DNA from: an uncultured Planctomycetaceae bacterium
GTDB lineage: Bacteria; Planctomycetota; Planctomycetia; Planctomycetales; Planctomycetaceae
Reading direction: 5' to 3'
DNA: 64,000 bases
NCBI GenBank assembly: GCA_963815195.1
Contig: CAWFGE010000013.1
Coordinates: 672,001 to 736,000, forward strand
Every line of letters starts with the position of its first letter. Position 1 is the stretch's first letter. The position numbers and the translations under genes were made by a program. The notes under the pieces were generated by a model. That model saw only the letters and a list, made by a program, of their open reading frames with translations, ran no database searches and was not told the origin of the DNA. Below are positions 53,087 to 64,000 of the stretch, in pieces.

Positions 53087-54400
53087 TCACGTCGCGATCA
53101 GCCGGGTCGAGCAGATTTCGCTGAGGGAGTTTTCATTGTCGATTTTTCGCACGTCCACGCCCTCGGCGATCAACCGGCCCGCGCGCTCGGCGTCGTCGAA
53201 TTCATCGGCGGTGGAGATCAAAAACGCGGTGACGGCGTAGCCGGTCCGCTTGAGGCCGCCCAATGTGATCGCGGTCTCGTCCGAGACATCCGACAACACG
53301 GCGGCCACCGTCGCATCGCGGGGCAGATGGCCGCTGACCTCGACAACCAGTTGTGCGAACGTCAACCCGTCGGTGAGTTCAACGCGGGCCAACGTTTCCA
53401 GAATCCGCGCAAACTGCTCGGCTCCACGATTATTGCGGACCTCCACCGGCCGGAGGCGATCGCTGGCATCGGACATGCCCAATGTCTGTTGTGCCGCGAT
53501 CCGAGTCCGAAAGTCATGTCGAAAACCTTCCTCGCGGATGCGGTCGGCGGCATCGCGGCCGTTGGTGAAAAACCCAATCTGCTGCCCCATCTGATACACC
53601 GTATGCGCAAGCGATGCGACCGCCGTCACCGCCAATTCCGAGCGGTGCGGCTCGCCGCGGGACGGGTATGTCTCGCGGTGAAAATCCAACATAAGCGTGA
53701 TCCCGGCGATCGTCGAAGGCTCGTAGGTTTTGCTGTGGAGTTCCCCAGTGCGGGCGGTGGCCCGCCAATGGATGCGGTTCAGAGGATCGCCGTTCTGATA
53801 AGCCCGCACGCCGGAGATCCGGGTCGGATCTTCGAACAGGCGGTGCGTCATGCGGACCTCGCCGATGGGCCGGCGGCTCGCGAGGTCATAACCTTCCAAC
53901 GCGACGACTTTGGGATAAACCAGCACATAGCGCGGCTCGGTCAAAATGCGATACCGGCGATGGAGGCCGAACAAGTCCCCGGTCTCCGCCAAGAGCGGGC
54001 CGATCTGATAGTAGCCGCGCATCAAAAACCGCACTTGATAGTTCAGCGTGTGCGCGCCGCCGGGCGCGAGATCTGTGATCGCCGCGCGTTTGTTTTTCAC
54101 GCTGATTCGCGGTGGCCGCTGCGCGAGGGCGTCGCGGGGCAAGGAATCCTCGAGCAGCACCCAGGTGATCGGCAGGTTGCTCGTGTTATGAAGTGTGACG
54201 ACCACCGCGACCGTATCGCCGATCTCCGCCGTGAGTCGATTGCACTCCCGGCGGGCGGAGAGGTTTTCGATCCAGTTGCGGGCGAAATACCGGCTGGCGA
54301 GCATCACGCCCAACAGCACGTACATCGCATAGACCAGAAGTTCCAATTGCAGAACCAGGCCCAACAGCAACAAAAAAATCGCCCCCGAATACCAACGCAT
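53087..54400 (-). CDS. DUF58 protein (MoxR-associated family)
   Basis: N-terminal TM; RGYYQIGP...GDLFGL, VLVYP, GVRAYQNGDPLNRIHWRATAR. Confidence 0.9.
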   Translation of the reverse strand: MRWYSGAIFLLLLGLVLQLELLVYAMYVLLGVMLASRYFARNWIENLSARRECNRLTAEIGDTVAVVVTLHNTSNLPITWVLLEDSLPRDALAQRPPRISVKNKRAAITDLAPGGAHTLNYQVRFLMRGYYQIGPLLAETGDLFGLHRRYRILTEPRYVLVYPKVVALEGYDLASRRPIGEVRMTHRLFEDPTRISGVRAYQNGDPLNRIHWRATARTGELHSKTYEPSTIAGITLMLDFHRETYPSRGEPHRSELAVTAVASLAHTVYQMGQQIGFFTNGRDAADRIREEGFRHDFRTRIAAQQTLGMSDASDRLRPVEVRNNRGAEQFARILETLARVELTDGLTFAQLVVEVSGHLPRDATVAAVLSDVSDETAITLGGLKRTGYAVTAFLISTADEFDDAERAGRLIAEGVDVRKIDNENSLSEICSTRLIAT

Positions 54401-54627
54401 GAAAGCCGCTTTTGAATGAAACCGAACAACGAACGGGGAAACCACGAAGACACGAAGGACGCGGAGAATGCCGCGCTTCGCGACCAGGGGCGAATTTAAG
54501 TTTTGCGTGAAACCCGCCGGAATTCCAGGGCCAGCGTTGCGGTTCGCTTTCCGGTCGGTTAGATAAAGGAGTGGTTCGATCCATCGGTTCCGATCTTTTT
54601 GCCTCCTCGAGCCAAACGAAACGTCAC

Positions 54628-55548
54628 ATGTCTCGCTCCGACTGGAAACCGCGCCACGTGTTCTTTTCCTACCATTTGCCGGTGTTCTTCGCATGCGTCC
54701 TGATAGGGCAATGGGTCATGGCGCAGGACAACCCCGCGAACGTTCCCCGCACCACAGAATCCAAACTGAAGATGTCCGCTGCCGAGATCCTGAAAACGTT
54801 TCGGGACGAGTTCGTTCCGATCACGCCGGGAAAAGGCCAGTTTCCCAAGTCGTTCGAGATGGGTGCGGACGACTCAGCGAAAGCCGAGCGGCCGCGGCAT
54901 CGGGTCGAGTTCGATTCTGATTTTCAGTTCGCCAAATACGAGGTGCCGCAAAACCTCTACGAAACGGTGATGGGCAAGAATCCGAGCGTTTGGGGCGGCC
55001 CGCGAAACTCGGTGGAGATGGTCACCTTTCGCGACGCCCAGGCGTTTTGTGCGAAGGCCACCAAGATGCTTCGCGAAGCCGACTTGATCGAGAAGGACGA
55101 AATCGTTCGTCTCCCCAGCGAAGCCGAGTGGGAATACTGTTGCCGCGCCGGCACGACGACCGCTTACAGTTTTGGTGACAAAGCCCGGGCCGAGGGCGAT
55201 CAAGGCCTGAAGGCGGCGCTCTTGGACAAATACGGTTGGCACACGGGCAACGCGGCGGGGAACGATCCGCCGGTGGGAGCCCTCGCGCCGAATGCGTGGG
55301 GGCTTTACGACATGCACGGGTATCTGTGGGAATATGTCGCAGACGGCTGGCATCCCGATTACGAGAAAGCCCCCACGGGCGGCCGGAGTTGGGACCCGGA
55401 CAAGCGGGACGTGCCGCGGGTCATTCGGGGCGGCTCGTGGCGCGATCCCTACTCATTGTTAAAGTCCGCAACGCGGTGGTCGGTTCCGGATCACGTTCGC
55501 AGCGACGCCGTCGGCTTTCGCTGCGTGTTGGCGAAGGAATCCCCCTGA
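54628..55548 (+). CDS. Formylglycine-generating-enzyme (SUMF1/FGE-sulfatase) domain protein, exported
   Basis: ERPRHRV, MGKNPS, RLPSEAEWEYCCRAG, PNAWGLYDMHG, RGGSW, GFRC. Confidence 0.9.
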   Translation: MSRSDWKPRHVFFSYHLPVFFACVLIGQWVMAQDNPANVPRTTESKLKMSAAEILKTFRDEFVPITPGKGQFPKSFEMGADDSAKAERPRHRVEFDSDFQFAKYEVPQNLYETVMGKNPSVWGGPRNSVEMVTFRDAQAFCAKATKMLREADLIEKDEIVRLPSEAEWEYCCRAGTTTAYSFGDKARAEGDQGLKAALLDKYGWHTGNAAGNDPPVGALAPNAWGLYDMHGYLWEYVADGWHPDYEKAPTGGRSWDPDKRDVPRVIRGGSWRDPYSLLKSATRWSVPDHVRSDAVGFRCVLAKESP

Positions 55549-55706
55549 CGGCGGACGAAGAATCCTCGAGGTGTTTCCTGTTCAATTTTTCCCTGAACGA
55601 GTTTGCCCAATCTGTGGCGTTTTGCGCCGGAATCCGCTAACCTGCGTATGCGAAGATTTCGCAAGAACTGATGCGAGAAGAAGTTTGAGTTGAGGAATGG
55701 TTTGTG

Positions 55707-57653
55707 ATGAGTTCGGACGAAGCTCTCGAAAGAGACAATGTGACGACGGAAACTGAAAACCCGGAAACGGAAACCGCGTCTTCCCCCGACACCCAACAGC
55801 CCGCGGCCGCGCCCGCCAACGGCGCAGCGGAGAAAGCCCCCACGGAGCCTGCCGCCGCCCAAGCGTTCGCACCGTCCCCACCGGACGAGCAGCCAGCGAG
55901 CGAGACCGCTTCGGATTCCATCCAAGCCCCGGCGGAGCCTGCGCAATCGCCCCCTGTTGAGGAAACTCAAACTGCCGCGGCTGCGCCCGTCCGAGGAATA
56001 TCCGGTCGCGGAAACGTCGCCCGCGCCGGAACCCGCGAGCGCGCTCCAGTCGGAACCCGTTTCGGGAACGGAATCTTCCGCCGGCAGCGTTCCCACATCC
56101 CACGAAGGGACGGAGTCCCGTCCTCGTCCGCAGCTCAATCCCACGGTCGATCCGAACGTCGCCAGGCCGGTCCCGAGTTTAGATACGTCGCCGACCCCGC
56201 CGCCGGCCGTCAACCCGCCGAGCGAACAAGCGGAATCCGCAGAAGAGCCCCAAGCGCCCGAACCGCCGGAAGCCGAAGCCCCCGCGCCGCCGCCCGCGGC
56301 TCAAACTCGGGCCCCGCGGTCACCGGCGGAGATTCCCAAGGCCGAAGACCTGGATGCCGACCTGGAAGCGCAAATCGCCTCCGCCCTCGCCAGCGACCAG
56401 GCGGCGGGCACTCAGCCCGCGCCGCGCCGGCTCCGGAATCCGCCGAGGAAACGGCCGAGGGAACCGAAGCGCCCGCAAAACCCGCTGCCCCCACCAGCGA
56501 AGAGGAACTCGAACCCGGCCATCGCCTGCAAGGCAAGGTGCAGTCCATCTCCGGCGATGATGTGTTTTTCGACGTCGGGTTTCGCTCGCCGGCGGTGGTC
56601 TCGCTTCGCCAGTTCGATCCCGCCCGCCCGCTCGAAGTCGGGCAGCAGCTCACAATCGTGGTGGAAAAAGTCAACCCGGAAGAAGGCCTGATCCAGGCCA
56701 ACCTGCCGCGGGCCAAGCGGAAAATCCAAGGCAACTGGGACGCCGTCGAAGCCGGGCAGGTCGTGGACTGCATGGTCACGAAGACCAACAAAGGCGGACT
56801 GGAAATCACCGTCAGCAACATTCGCGGCTTTCTCCCGGCCAGCCAGGTCGATCTGCATTACGTTCCCGACTTGGAAAAATACGTCGGCGAAAAGCTGACA
56901 GTCAAAATCACCGAAGCCAACCGCGCCAAACGGAACTTGATCGTCAGCCGCCGGGCCTATCTCAAGGAAGAGCGCGACGTCCAGGCCCAGGAAGTCTGGA
57001 CCGTGCTCGAAGTCGGCCAGGAGAAAAAAGGCGTCGTGAAGACGATCAAAGACTACGGGGCCTTTGTGGACATAGGCGGCGTGGACGGGTTTCTGCACAT
57101 CGGCGAAATCAGTTGGACGCGAATCCGCCATCCTTCCGACGTGATCTCCGAAGGACAGGAAATCGACGTGCAAATCGTCTCGCTCGACCAGGACCGCAAA
57201 CGCATCGGCCTGGGCATGCGGCAGCTCGTCCAAAACCCCTGGGATACTGCAACCCAAAGGTACGCCCAAGGGACCGCCGTCACCGGCCGCGTCACCCGCA
57301 CCACCGACTTCGGGGCCTTTGTCGAACTGGAGCCCGGCGTCGAAGGGCTGATTCACATCAGCGAACTCGACTACCGCCGGGTCAACAAAGTCACCGACGT
57401 CTTAAACGTCGGCGACGAAATGGAACTCCAGGTGCTCGATCTCGACCTGGGCCGCAAACGCATCAGCCTGTCGCTCAAGGCGCTCAAAGAGAAGCCGCCC
57501 AAATTCGACAAAAAGCCCGAAAAGAAATCGGACGAGGATCTCGCCCCCAGCGACGGCGAAGCCTACGCCCGCAAACGCAAAGGCCCCCTCAAAGGCGGCA
57601 CCGGCGGCTCCGCCGGCGGCGGCCTGTTCGGCAACCCGGGCGATTTTTCGTAA
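55707..57653 (+). CDS. Ribosomal protein S1-like RNA-binding protein: four S1 domains and a long Pro/Glu-rich N-terminus (two compensating frameshifts near 55978 and 56420)
   Basis: [58 protein letters not shown]. The acidic low-complexity sequence switches frame between ~55978 and ~56420. Confidence 0.88.
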   Translation: MSSDEALERDNVTTETENPETETASSPDTQQPAAAPANGAAEKAPTEPAAAQAFAPSPPDEQPASETASDSIQAPAEPAQSPPVEETQTAAAAPVRGISGRGNVARAGTRERAPVGTRFGNGIFRRQRSHIPRRDGVPSSSAAQSHGRSERRQAGPEFRYVADPAAGRQPAERTSGIRRRAPSARTAGSRSPRAAARGSNSGPAVTGGDSQGRRPGCRPGSANRLRPRQRPGGGHSARAAPAPESAEETAEGTEAPAKPAAPTSEEELEPGHRLQGKVQSISGDDVFFDVGFRSPAVVSLRQFDPARPLEVGQQLTIVVEKVNPEEGLIQANLPRAKRKIQGNWDAVEAGQVVDCMVTKTNKGGLEITVSNIRGFLPASQVDLHYVPDLEKYVGEKLTVKITEANRAKRNLIVSRRAYLKEERDVQAQEVWTVLEVGQEKKGVVKTIKDYGAFVDIGGVDGFLHIGEISWTRIRHPSDVISEGQEIDVQIVSLDQDRKRIGLGMRQLVQNPWDTATQRYAQGTAVTGRVTRTTDFGAFVELEPGVEGLIHISELDYRRVNKVTDVLNVGDEMELQVLDLDLGRKRISLSLKALKEKPPKFDKKPEKKSDEDLAPSDGEAYARKRKGPLKGGTGGSAGGGLFGNPGDFS

Positions 57654-57682
57654 GGCCGCTTTCCCGCGACGAAAAGACGAGA

Positions 57683-57787
57683 AAGAGCCGCGCCACGAAG
57701 TAAAAGAGCCGCGCACGAAGTAAGCGGAAGGCGACGAAAAGCGGAAGGCGATGAACAGGAACACCGCTTACTTCGTGCGCGGCTCTT
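57683..57787. repeat. REP-doublet family A, copy 4, with a partial duplication of the left arm
   Basis: aagagccgcgccacgaagta + aagagccgcgcacgaagtaagcgg...ccgcttacttcgtgcgcggctctt; the right arm overlaps the oleC stop. Confidence 0.9.
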
Positions 57788-59440
57788 CAGAAAGTTTCTC
57801 CGCGGCCCAGACCGCGAGGTGTTCGCGGTTGATTTTGAAATTGTGCCGGACATCCACCGGCAGCGCGGGGTGAAAGAGAAACTCCTCGATCCCCGCCGTG
57901 AAGGACTGAGCCGCCCCGAGGTGCGCGAGTTCCTTCACGAAGACTCGCTCGTCCGCGGAACCGGACTTCGGCAAGTGGCCGGGTTCCGGTTCGACGATCA
58001 TCACCGGCCGCTGGTTCGGTTTTTCGCCGATGCCCACCAACGCCGAGCGAAACACGCGGGGATGCTCGTTGAAAATCGCCTCAGAGCATACGCTAAACCG
58101 CCGGCCGGCCGCGGTGTCCACGACGTGCGACTTCCGGCCGCAGAACCACAATCGCCCGCGGTCGTCGAGATAACCCACGTCGCCCATCCGATGCCAGAAA
58201 TTCTCGCCCTCGGGAATTTTCGCCAGCCTCGTCGCCTCGGGTCGCCGAAAGTATTCCCGCGTAGTCGAAGGCGATTGCACGATGATCTCCCCCACTTCGC
58301 CCGCCGGGAGTTCCGTCACGTCCGACAGCGATTCGATCGGCCCGTCGGTGATTTCGATGATCTGCACCGACACCTGCGGAAAGACATGCCCCACGCAGGT
58401 GCCGGCTCCTCGGCGTGACATCGCGGCCGTTTCCGCGAGGATCTCCCGGCTGGAAAAACTGGCGACCGGCAGCGATTCGGTGGCTCCATAGGGCGTGTGC
58501 ATGTTGGCTTCGGGATGCGAGAGCGCGGCCGACATTCGCTTCAAAACCGACACCGGCACCGGTGCCCCGGCGGAGAGCACGCGTTTGAGCGTGCCCGGCA
58601 GCTTGAGGTTTTCCCGCTCGCAGTATCGGCCGACGCGGTCCCAGATCGCGGGCGAGCCGAAGGCCTGCGTGGCGTGCCGGTCGCGAAGGGCCTCCAGGAT
58701 TTTTCGCGGATCGACTTTCGCGGGGCGGGTGGGATCCATGTCGGGGATCACCGTGGTCACCGCCATCGCCGCGTTGAATAGTGCAAACAGCGGAAACCCT
58801 GACAGATCGATTTCGCCGGGCTGGATGTCATAAAACTCCCTGAGCAATTCGACTTGGGCATTGAACATGCCGTGCTCGTAGAGGACGCCTTTCGCGGGGC
58901 CGGTGCTGCCGCTGGTGAAGATAATCGCCGCGGGGTCTTCGGGCTTTGTTTGCGGGATGTCAAATGGCGTCCAGCCTTCGCCCAAAAGTTTTCGGTAGGT
59001 CATCGGCGTGCGGGACCAGTTCGTTCCCACCGAGACATTGAAGCGGGCGTTCGGAAAGCGTGTTTGGTTCCACCAGCGCAGAGCCTGCACCGCCGGCACC
59101 GCCACGAAGCCTTCGGGGTCCACTTCCTCGAGGCAGCGAAACACATTCCTCGGACCCATGCCGGGATCGATCAGCACGATCACCGCCCCGGTTTTGAAGA
59201 GGGCGAACGTGAGCGAGATAAACTCCAAGCTCGGCCGGACCATGAGCACGATCCGCGTCCCCGGCCGGGCGCCCGATTTTCTTTAGACCCGCGCAGCCGG
59301 TCGCTTTCCCGTTCGAGTTCCGCGAACGTCAATGTCGTATACTGCACCCGCCCATCTCGGCCTCGCTTCGCCGGGAACACCACGGCCGTTTGATCGGGAA
59401 CATGGCGAGCGGTCTCCCGCAACCGGGCGGCGATATTCAT
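57768..59440 (-). CDS. oleC: OleC-like olefin beta-lactone synthetase / AMP-dependent ligase (frameshift near 59270-59295)
   Basis: MNIAARL start; [89 protein letters not shown]. Confidence 0.8.
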
Positions 59441-59675
59441 GGCGAGTTTCAAGTTTCAGGTTTCAAGTTGAGATTCGACCGGCAAGCCGGCACGGATTTT
59501 GAAGGCAGATGACATGGAAGTCAACATGCGGATCAAGAGGTTTCATGCCGTTCGAAACAAATTGCGCTGTGCGCTCGATTTTGTTCCGGCAGAATGGCGG
59601 TGGGCAGGAAGGCAATCCGTCTTCGGGAGGTCTGCCGTTTTTGGGAAATCCGGATTCTTTTTGTTGGAGGTCGCG

Positions 59676-60567
59676 ATGATTTCGAACCGCCCTCGTTCTG
59701 ACGCTGCTCGCGGGAATGCAACAACTGGCCGTTGGCCAAGACCAAAAGTCCCAGGCCCAGGAGGTCTTGCGGGAACTCCAAGCTGTGGAGGTGGCGGAAC
59801 CCGCCGTGGCCGCTCCCGTCAGGCTCTATATCTATCGTCCCAAGTACGTGCCCGCCACGGAGACTCAGACCCTGGTGCAGGGGCTGATGGGAAAAGGGGC
59901 CGCGATCGTGGCCGACCCCGTCGGCAACCGTCTGCTGATTCGAGGCTCCGACGCCCAGCTCAAGGAAATCCAGGCGGTCCTGGAAACCTTGGACCAACCG
60001 CCGAAGATGGTCGCTTTCGAAATCCTGTTCGCCGACGTGTCGGTCGAGGTCAAGGAGAAAAAAACCTGGACAACGATCGATGAAGAATGGCTTGCAGAGA
60101 TCGAGACCGTCGCGGCCAAACGCAAAGGCGGCTTCAGCAAAGTCCGGCTGACGGCCCTCGACAATCAAGCCACGATGGTGCAATACGGCGAGGAAACGCC
60201 GATCGTCACCGGCGTTCAAGCCTTTCCCAGTCGCGGCGGCAGCTCGCGGACCCCGATCCTGCAGCGGAAACAGACCGGAACGATCGTGCAGTGCACCGCC
60301 CGCATCCTGGAAGACGACACGATCATCGCGGCGTTCGAAATCGAACGCTCCCGGCTTTCGTCCAAGGAGGAAGCCGTCGCCTTGGAGGAAGGCGTCGAAA
60401 AAGACGCCCTCCGCACGCCGGCGCAGCTCACGACAACCTGCAAAACGACCCTCAAGTTAAAACCCGGCCGCCCCGTCGTGGTCAGCGGCCTCAAAACCGA
60501 AGGCCCGGACACCGGCACCAAAAATGTCATCATCGTCACCGCGGAACTCCTCCCGGCTGTCCCGTGA
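59676..60567 (+). CDS. Short secretin-like protein (N-domain repeat plus truncated secretin core); frameshift just after the start
   Basis: RBS ggagg. Removing one T gives the signal peptide MIRTALVLTLLAGMQQLAVGQ. IVADPVGNRLLIRG...LETLDQPPKMV, ALDNQATMVQYGEETP. Confidence 0.7.
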
Positions 60568-60672
60568 TTTCAAATCCGAAATCCGGGTGATTTGGCGCAG
60601 CATGGCTCAAGGGATTAGGATGTGTTGATTCATTGTCAACCATTCGTTTGTCCAAATGCGCAGGAGATAAAG

Positions 60673-63600
60673 ATGCGATTGGGGTTTGCTTTGCGGAATG
60701 GAGTGAGTCTCGGGTTGATCCTCGCGGCGTCTGTTTTGGGGCGGGCGGAAGAACCGGCGTACAAGCCCGGCCTCGAAAACCAGCCGATCTTCACAAAGGA
60801 CCTGGATGTCCGCATCCCCGCCATCTCGGCGGATGCCGATGTCAACATCGATTACGACATCGTCTATGTCCGCGCCCCACGCGAAGGCGACAAAATTCAT
60901 AAGCGGTTTTACACCGACTTCTCGCAACCGGTGACAATGGAACCCGGTGCCGACCTGATGCTGCTCCACCCCGACGGCGGCGAGGAGCTCCTGGTCGCGG
61001 GTGGCAACGGCTCGATCACTGACCCAGTCGTCTCCTTCGACGGGGAATGGGTTTACTATGTGCACATCTACAACCTGCAAAACCGCAGCCAATGGAATCC
61101 GCCGGCCGAGGGAGCGGACATCTTCAAAATCCACCTGAAGACCCGCAAAATCGTGCGGCTGACCAATCAGCAATATACCCCCAACACCGGGGCCGCGGAT
61201 TGGTCGAAGGACTTTCGCCCGGCGAACGGGAAGGACGGGATCTCCTACGGCGTCTATAACATGGGGCCTTATCCTCTCCCCGGCGGGCGGATCGTGTTCA
61301 GCAGCAACCGCGACGGCTTCACGCCGACCAAAGGCTATCCCGCGATGGCCTTGCAGTTGTTCGTGATGGACGATGCCGACGAAAGCATCGATCCCGACGA
61401 ATTGATGCCCGGCAACATCGAGAAAATCGGCCACTTGAACCTGGCGGGGCGCTGCATCCGGTGACGCTCTCCGATGGGCGGATCATGTTCAGCACGCTCG
61501 AGTCGCAGGGCATCCGCAGCAGCATTTCTTGGGGAATTTGGACGATCAAGCCCGACGGCACGGGCTGGAACCCTTTGGTCAGCGCGTACGATCCCGGCGG
61601 AGCCTCCAACGGGTTCCACTTTGAAACGCAGTTGTCCGATGGCTCGATCGTCGTCGAGGAATATTACAACCAGAACAACAGCGGATTCGGGGCTTATATC
61701 AAACTCCCGCAAAACCCGCCGGAGGGCATGGCCGCATTCGGCCCAGGCTTTATGAACAGCGACCGCAATCCGCCCTGGCGGTTTGGTCGGCATTACAACG
61801 CCAAGGGGCAATACTATCGCATGCCGTTTATGCCCACGGGTTCGGTGTCGCTCACGCCGTTTACGCTCAACCGCGAAGGACCGGCGGGCCCTTCGGTGCT
61901 CAAGGACAAAGACTCCCCCAAAGTCGGCAAGTTCACGCATCCGTCCGGTGGCGCCGGACAACCACATGTTGACAATCTATTCCCCCGGCCCGGCCAATCA
62001 TCAATATACCTTCCTCCCGCAGATCGACGGCGGGATCTATCTCTTAAAGAACGGCGAGGTCGTCACCGAGCCGGCTCAGCTTCGGCTGATTAAGAACGAT
62101 CCCGATTACAACGAATCCTGGCCGCGGGCCGTCGTGCCTTACGAGCGGATTTACGGAATGAAGGAACCTAAGAAACTCGCCGCGCTCAAAAACGACGGAT
62201 CGCTTTCGAAGCATTTGCCCGAAGGCACGCCGTTCGGTCTGATCGGCACGTCCAGCCTTTACAAGCGGGAGAGTTATCCGAATGGCGATGTCTTGAACGG
62301 CACAGTGACGGCGGCCTATCCCGGCGGGAAGGATCCCTGGAAAGGTTTGGACGCCTTCACCAGCCACGGCAACGGCATGCCGCTCAATTGGCACAACCAG
62401 GGCGGCGATGCGGGCCTCTATGAAAACAAAGACATCCATGCCGTGCGGATTTTGGCAATGGAACCCACCACCGACCGCCGGAACGGTCCCCACTCCGGGC
62501 GGAAGTTTTACAGCCACGCCCACGAACGGCTCCGCATCCTGGGCGAGATCCCCGTGCGGAAGTTCGGTCCCGCTGGCGAACCGGCCGATCCCGACGGCAA
62601 CCCGGACACCAGCTTTCTCGCCCGCATTCCCGCGGACACCGGGTTCACGTTTCAGACGCTCGATAAAGACGGCCTGGTGCTCAACATGGCCCAGACCTGG
62701 CATCAACTCCGCCCGGGCGAAGTTCGCTACGACTGCGGCGGCTGCCATGCCCACAGCCAACAGCCGACCGACTTCCATCAAACCCTCGCCGCCAAGGACG
62801 ATTACCAGATCTGGGACCTCGCGAACGGCACGCCGCTGGTCACCGAAAAGTCGCGGGACGAGTCCAAGCAGAAATGGGACGCGAAAAACGAGGCGGGCCT
62901 CAGGACCATCAAGGACAATGTGGTCTCGGTGGAGTATCACCGCGACATCCGGCCCATTTTGGAGCGAAGCTGCATCGCCTGCCACACCGCGAGCAACGGC
63001 AAACAACCCGCCAGCGAGTTCGACCTCGACGCCGACGAGGAATTGGTCCAATACAAAAGCGAAGGCAAATTCCCCGGCACCTATTACCGGTTGGCTTTGG
63101 ATAACGAAGCCAAGTTCGGCTATAAGCCCATCGGCTATCCGAGTTGGGGCTATCCCAATGCCTCGCGGACCGTGCGGATGCTGCAATCCCGCCGGAGTCT
63201 GTTGATGTGGAAAGTCCACGGCCGGCGGCTGGATGGATTTTCCAACGACGATCATCCCTCGGAGCCCAAACCGGGTGCGGGTTACTTCACCCATCACGGC
63301 GAGCGAGTGGACACCGACAAGACCCGCGCGAAATACGACCTGGACTACCTGGGCAGCAAAATGCCGCCGCCCGCCGCGGTCAAAGCCGGGAAGGTGAAGC
63401 CCCTCAGCGATGAAGACCTGAGGACCTTGGCCCGCTGGATCGATCTGGGCTGCCCGATCGATCTGGATTTCGATCCCGACCATCCCGAACAGCGAGGTTA
63501 CGGTTGGATGCTGGATGACAACCGCCCCGTGCTGACACTCACCGAACCACAGCCCGGCCGAAATGAAAAGCTCTCGCGGATCCTCATCGGCGGTTATGAT

Positions 63601-63831
63601 TACTACACGGGACTCGATCCCAGTTCTCTCACGGTCACCGCGGACTTCCCGATCGACGGCGCCGAGCCGGGCACGAATCTCGCCGACCGGCTCAAGCCCC
63701 AATCGCAAGGCGTCTGGGAATACCGGCTCCAACAACCGCCCAAGCATCTCGAAGCCGGCACCTTGACCGTCACGATCAAAGACAACCAAGGCAACATCAG
63801 CCGCATCACGCGGCGGTTCCAGGTGCAGTAA
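60673..63831 (+). CDS. HzsA (hydrazine synthase alpha)-related exported c-type heme protein (frameshifts near 61449 and 61950)
   Basis: Signal peptide; TolB-like propeller (DPVVSFDG, GGRIVFSSNR, DGRIMFS); SFLARIPADTGFTFQTLDKDG...QLRPGEVRYDCGGCH; second CIACH...WIDLG. Confidence 0.8.
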
Positions 63832-63851
63832 GAGCGTTAGTCGAGATGACA

Positions 63852-63935
63852 GGCGAGCGGGAGGCGTCAGCCTCCTGGTCTCTCTCATCAATCTAAGACT
63901 CCACGAAACCAGGAGGCTGACACCTCCCGCTCGCC
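63852..63935. repeat. REP-like inverted repeat between convergent genes
   Basis: ggcgagcgggaggcgtcagcctcctggt ... accaggaggctgacacctcccgctcgcc. Confidence 0.88.
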
Positions 63936-63943
63936 CGGTCCAT

Positions 63944-64000
63944 TTACGGACGCAGCCATTTGGGGGCGATCTGGTCGGCTTCGTCCGCGGTGATCAGCCA
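63944..64000 (-). CDS. Probable 3' end of a gene entering from the right edge
   Basis: Minus strand reads WLITADEADQIAPKWLRP* with the stop at 63944-63946. Confidence 0.45.
   Translation of the reverse strand, partial: WLITADEADQIAPKWLRP

Noticed and set aside
54628..55548. True sulfatase-maturing FGE enzyme
   Set aside because: It lacks the catalytic Cys pair after RGGS (reads RGGSWRDPYSLLKSA), so only the FGE fold is supported.
60673..63831. Evidence for anammox metabolism
   Set aside because: A single divergent HzsA-like gene with no hzsB/hzsC or hao; the surrounding content fits a heterotrophic planctomycete.

Overview
High-GC bacterial chromosomal window, most likely Planctomycetota. 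This is inferred from DUF1501, DUF1549/DUF1553, planctomycete cytochrome c, TIGR03067-like and HzsA-like genes and two sulfatases. It holds about 45 protein genes, a tRNA-Ser(GCT) and several families of palindromic and heptamer intergenic repeats. Housekeeping genes include psd, pssA, ribE, rsmA, guaB, hemC and uppP. About 15 single-base frameshifts interrupt otherwise intact genes (including guaB), so they are treated as probable long-read indel errors rather than pseudogenes. The most interesting content is: (1) a speD / tandem zinc-ribbon-DUF4178 / small membrane peptide ending GGGK / DUF350 / membrane-anchored aminopropyltransferase cluster; (2) a translationally coupled pair of a non-RD Ser/Thr receptor kinase (periplasmic Cache-like domain, Ser/Thr-rich tail) and an FHA-GAF-class III cyclase with an atypical base-specifying residue; (3) a lower-GC SMI1/KNR4 gene between psd and pssA, bracketed by inverted heptamer arrays; (4) a ketosynthase lacking its catalytic Cys, a D-aminoacylase/beta-lactamase fusion, an HzsA-like diheme protein, an orphan oleC, and an SRAP gene plus a decayed primase beside the tRNA. 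All family calls come from motif recognition by eye; no database search was run.
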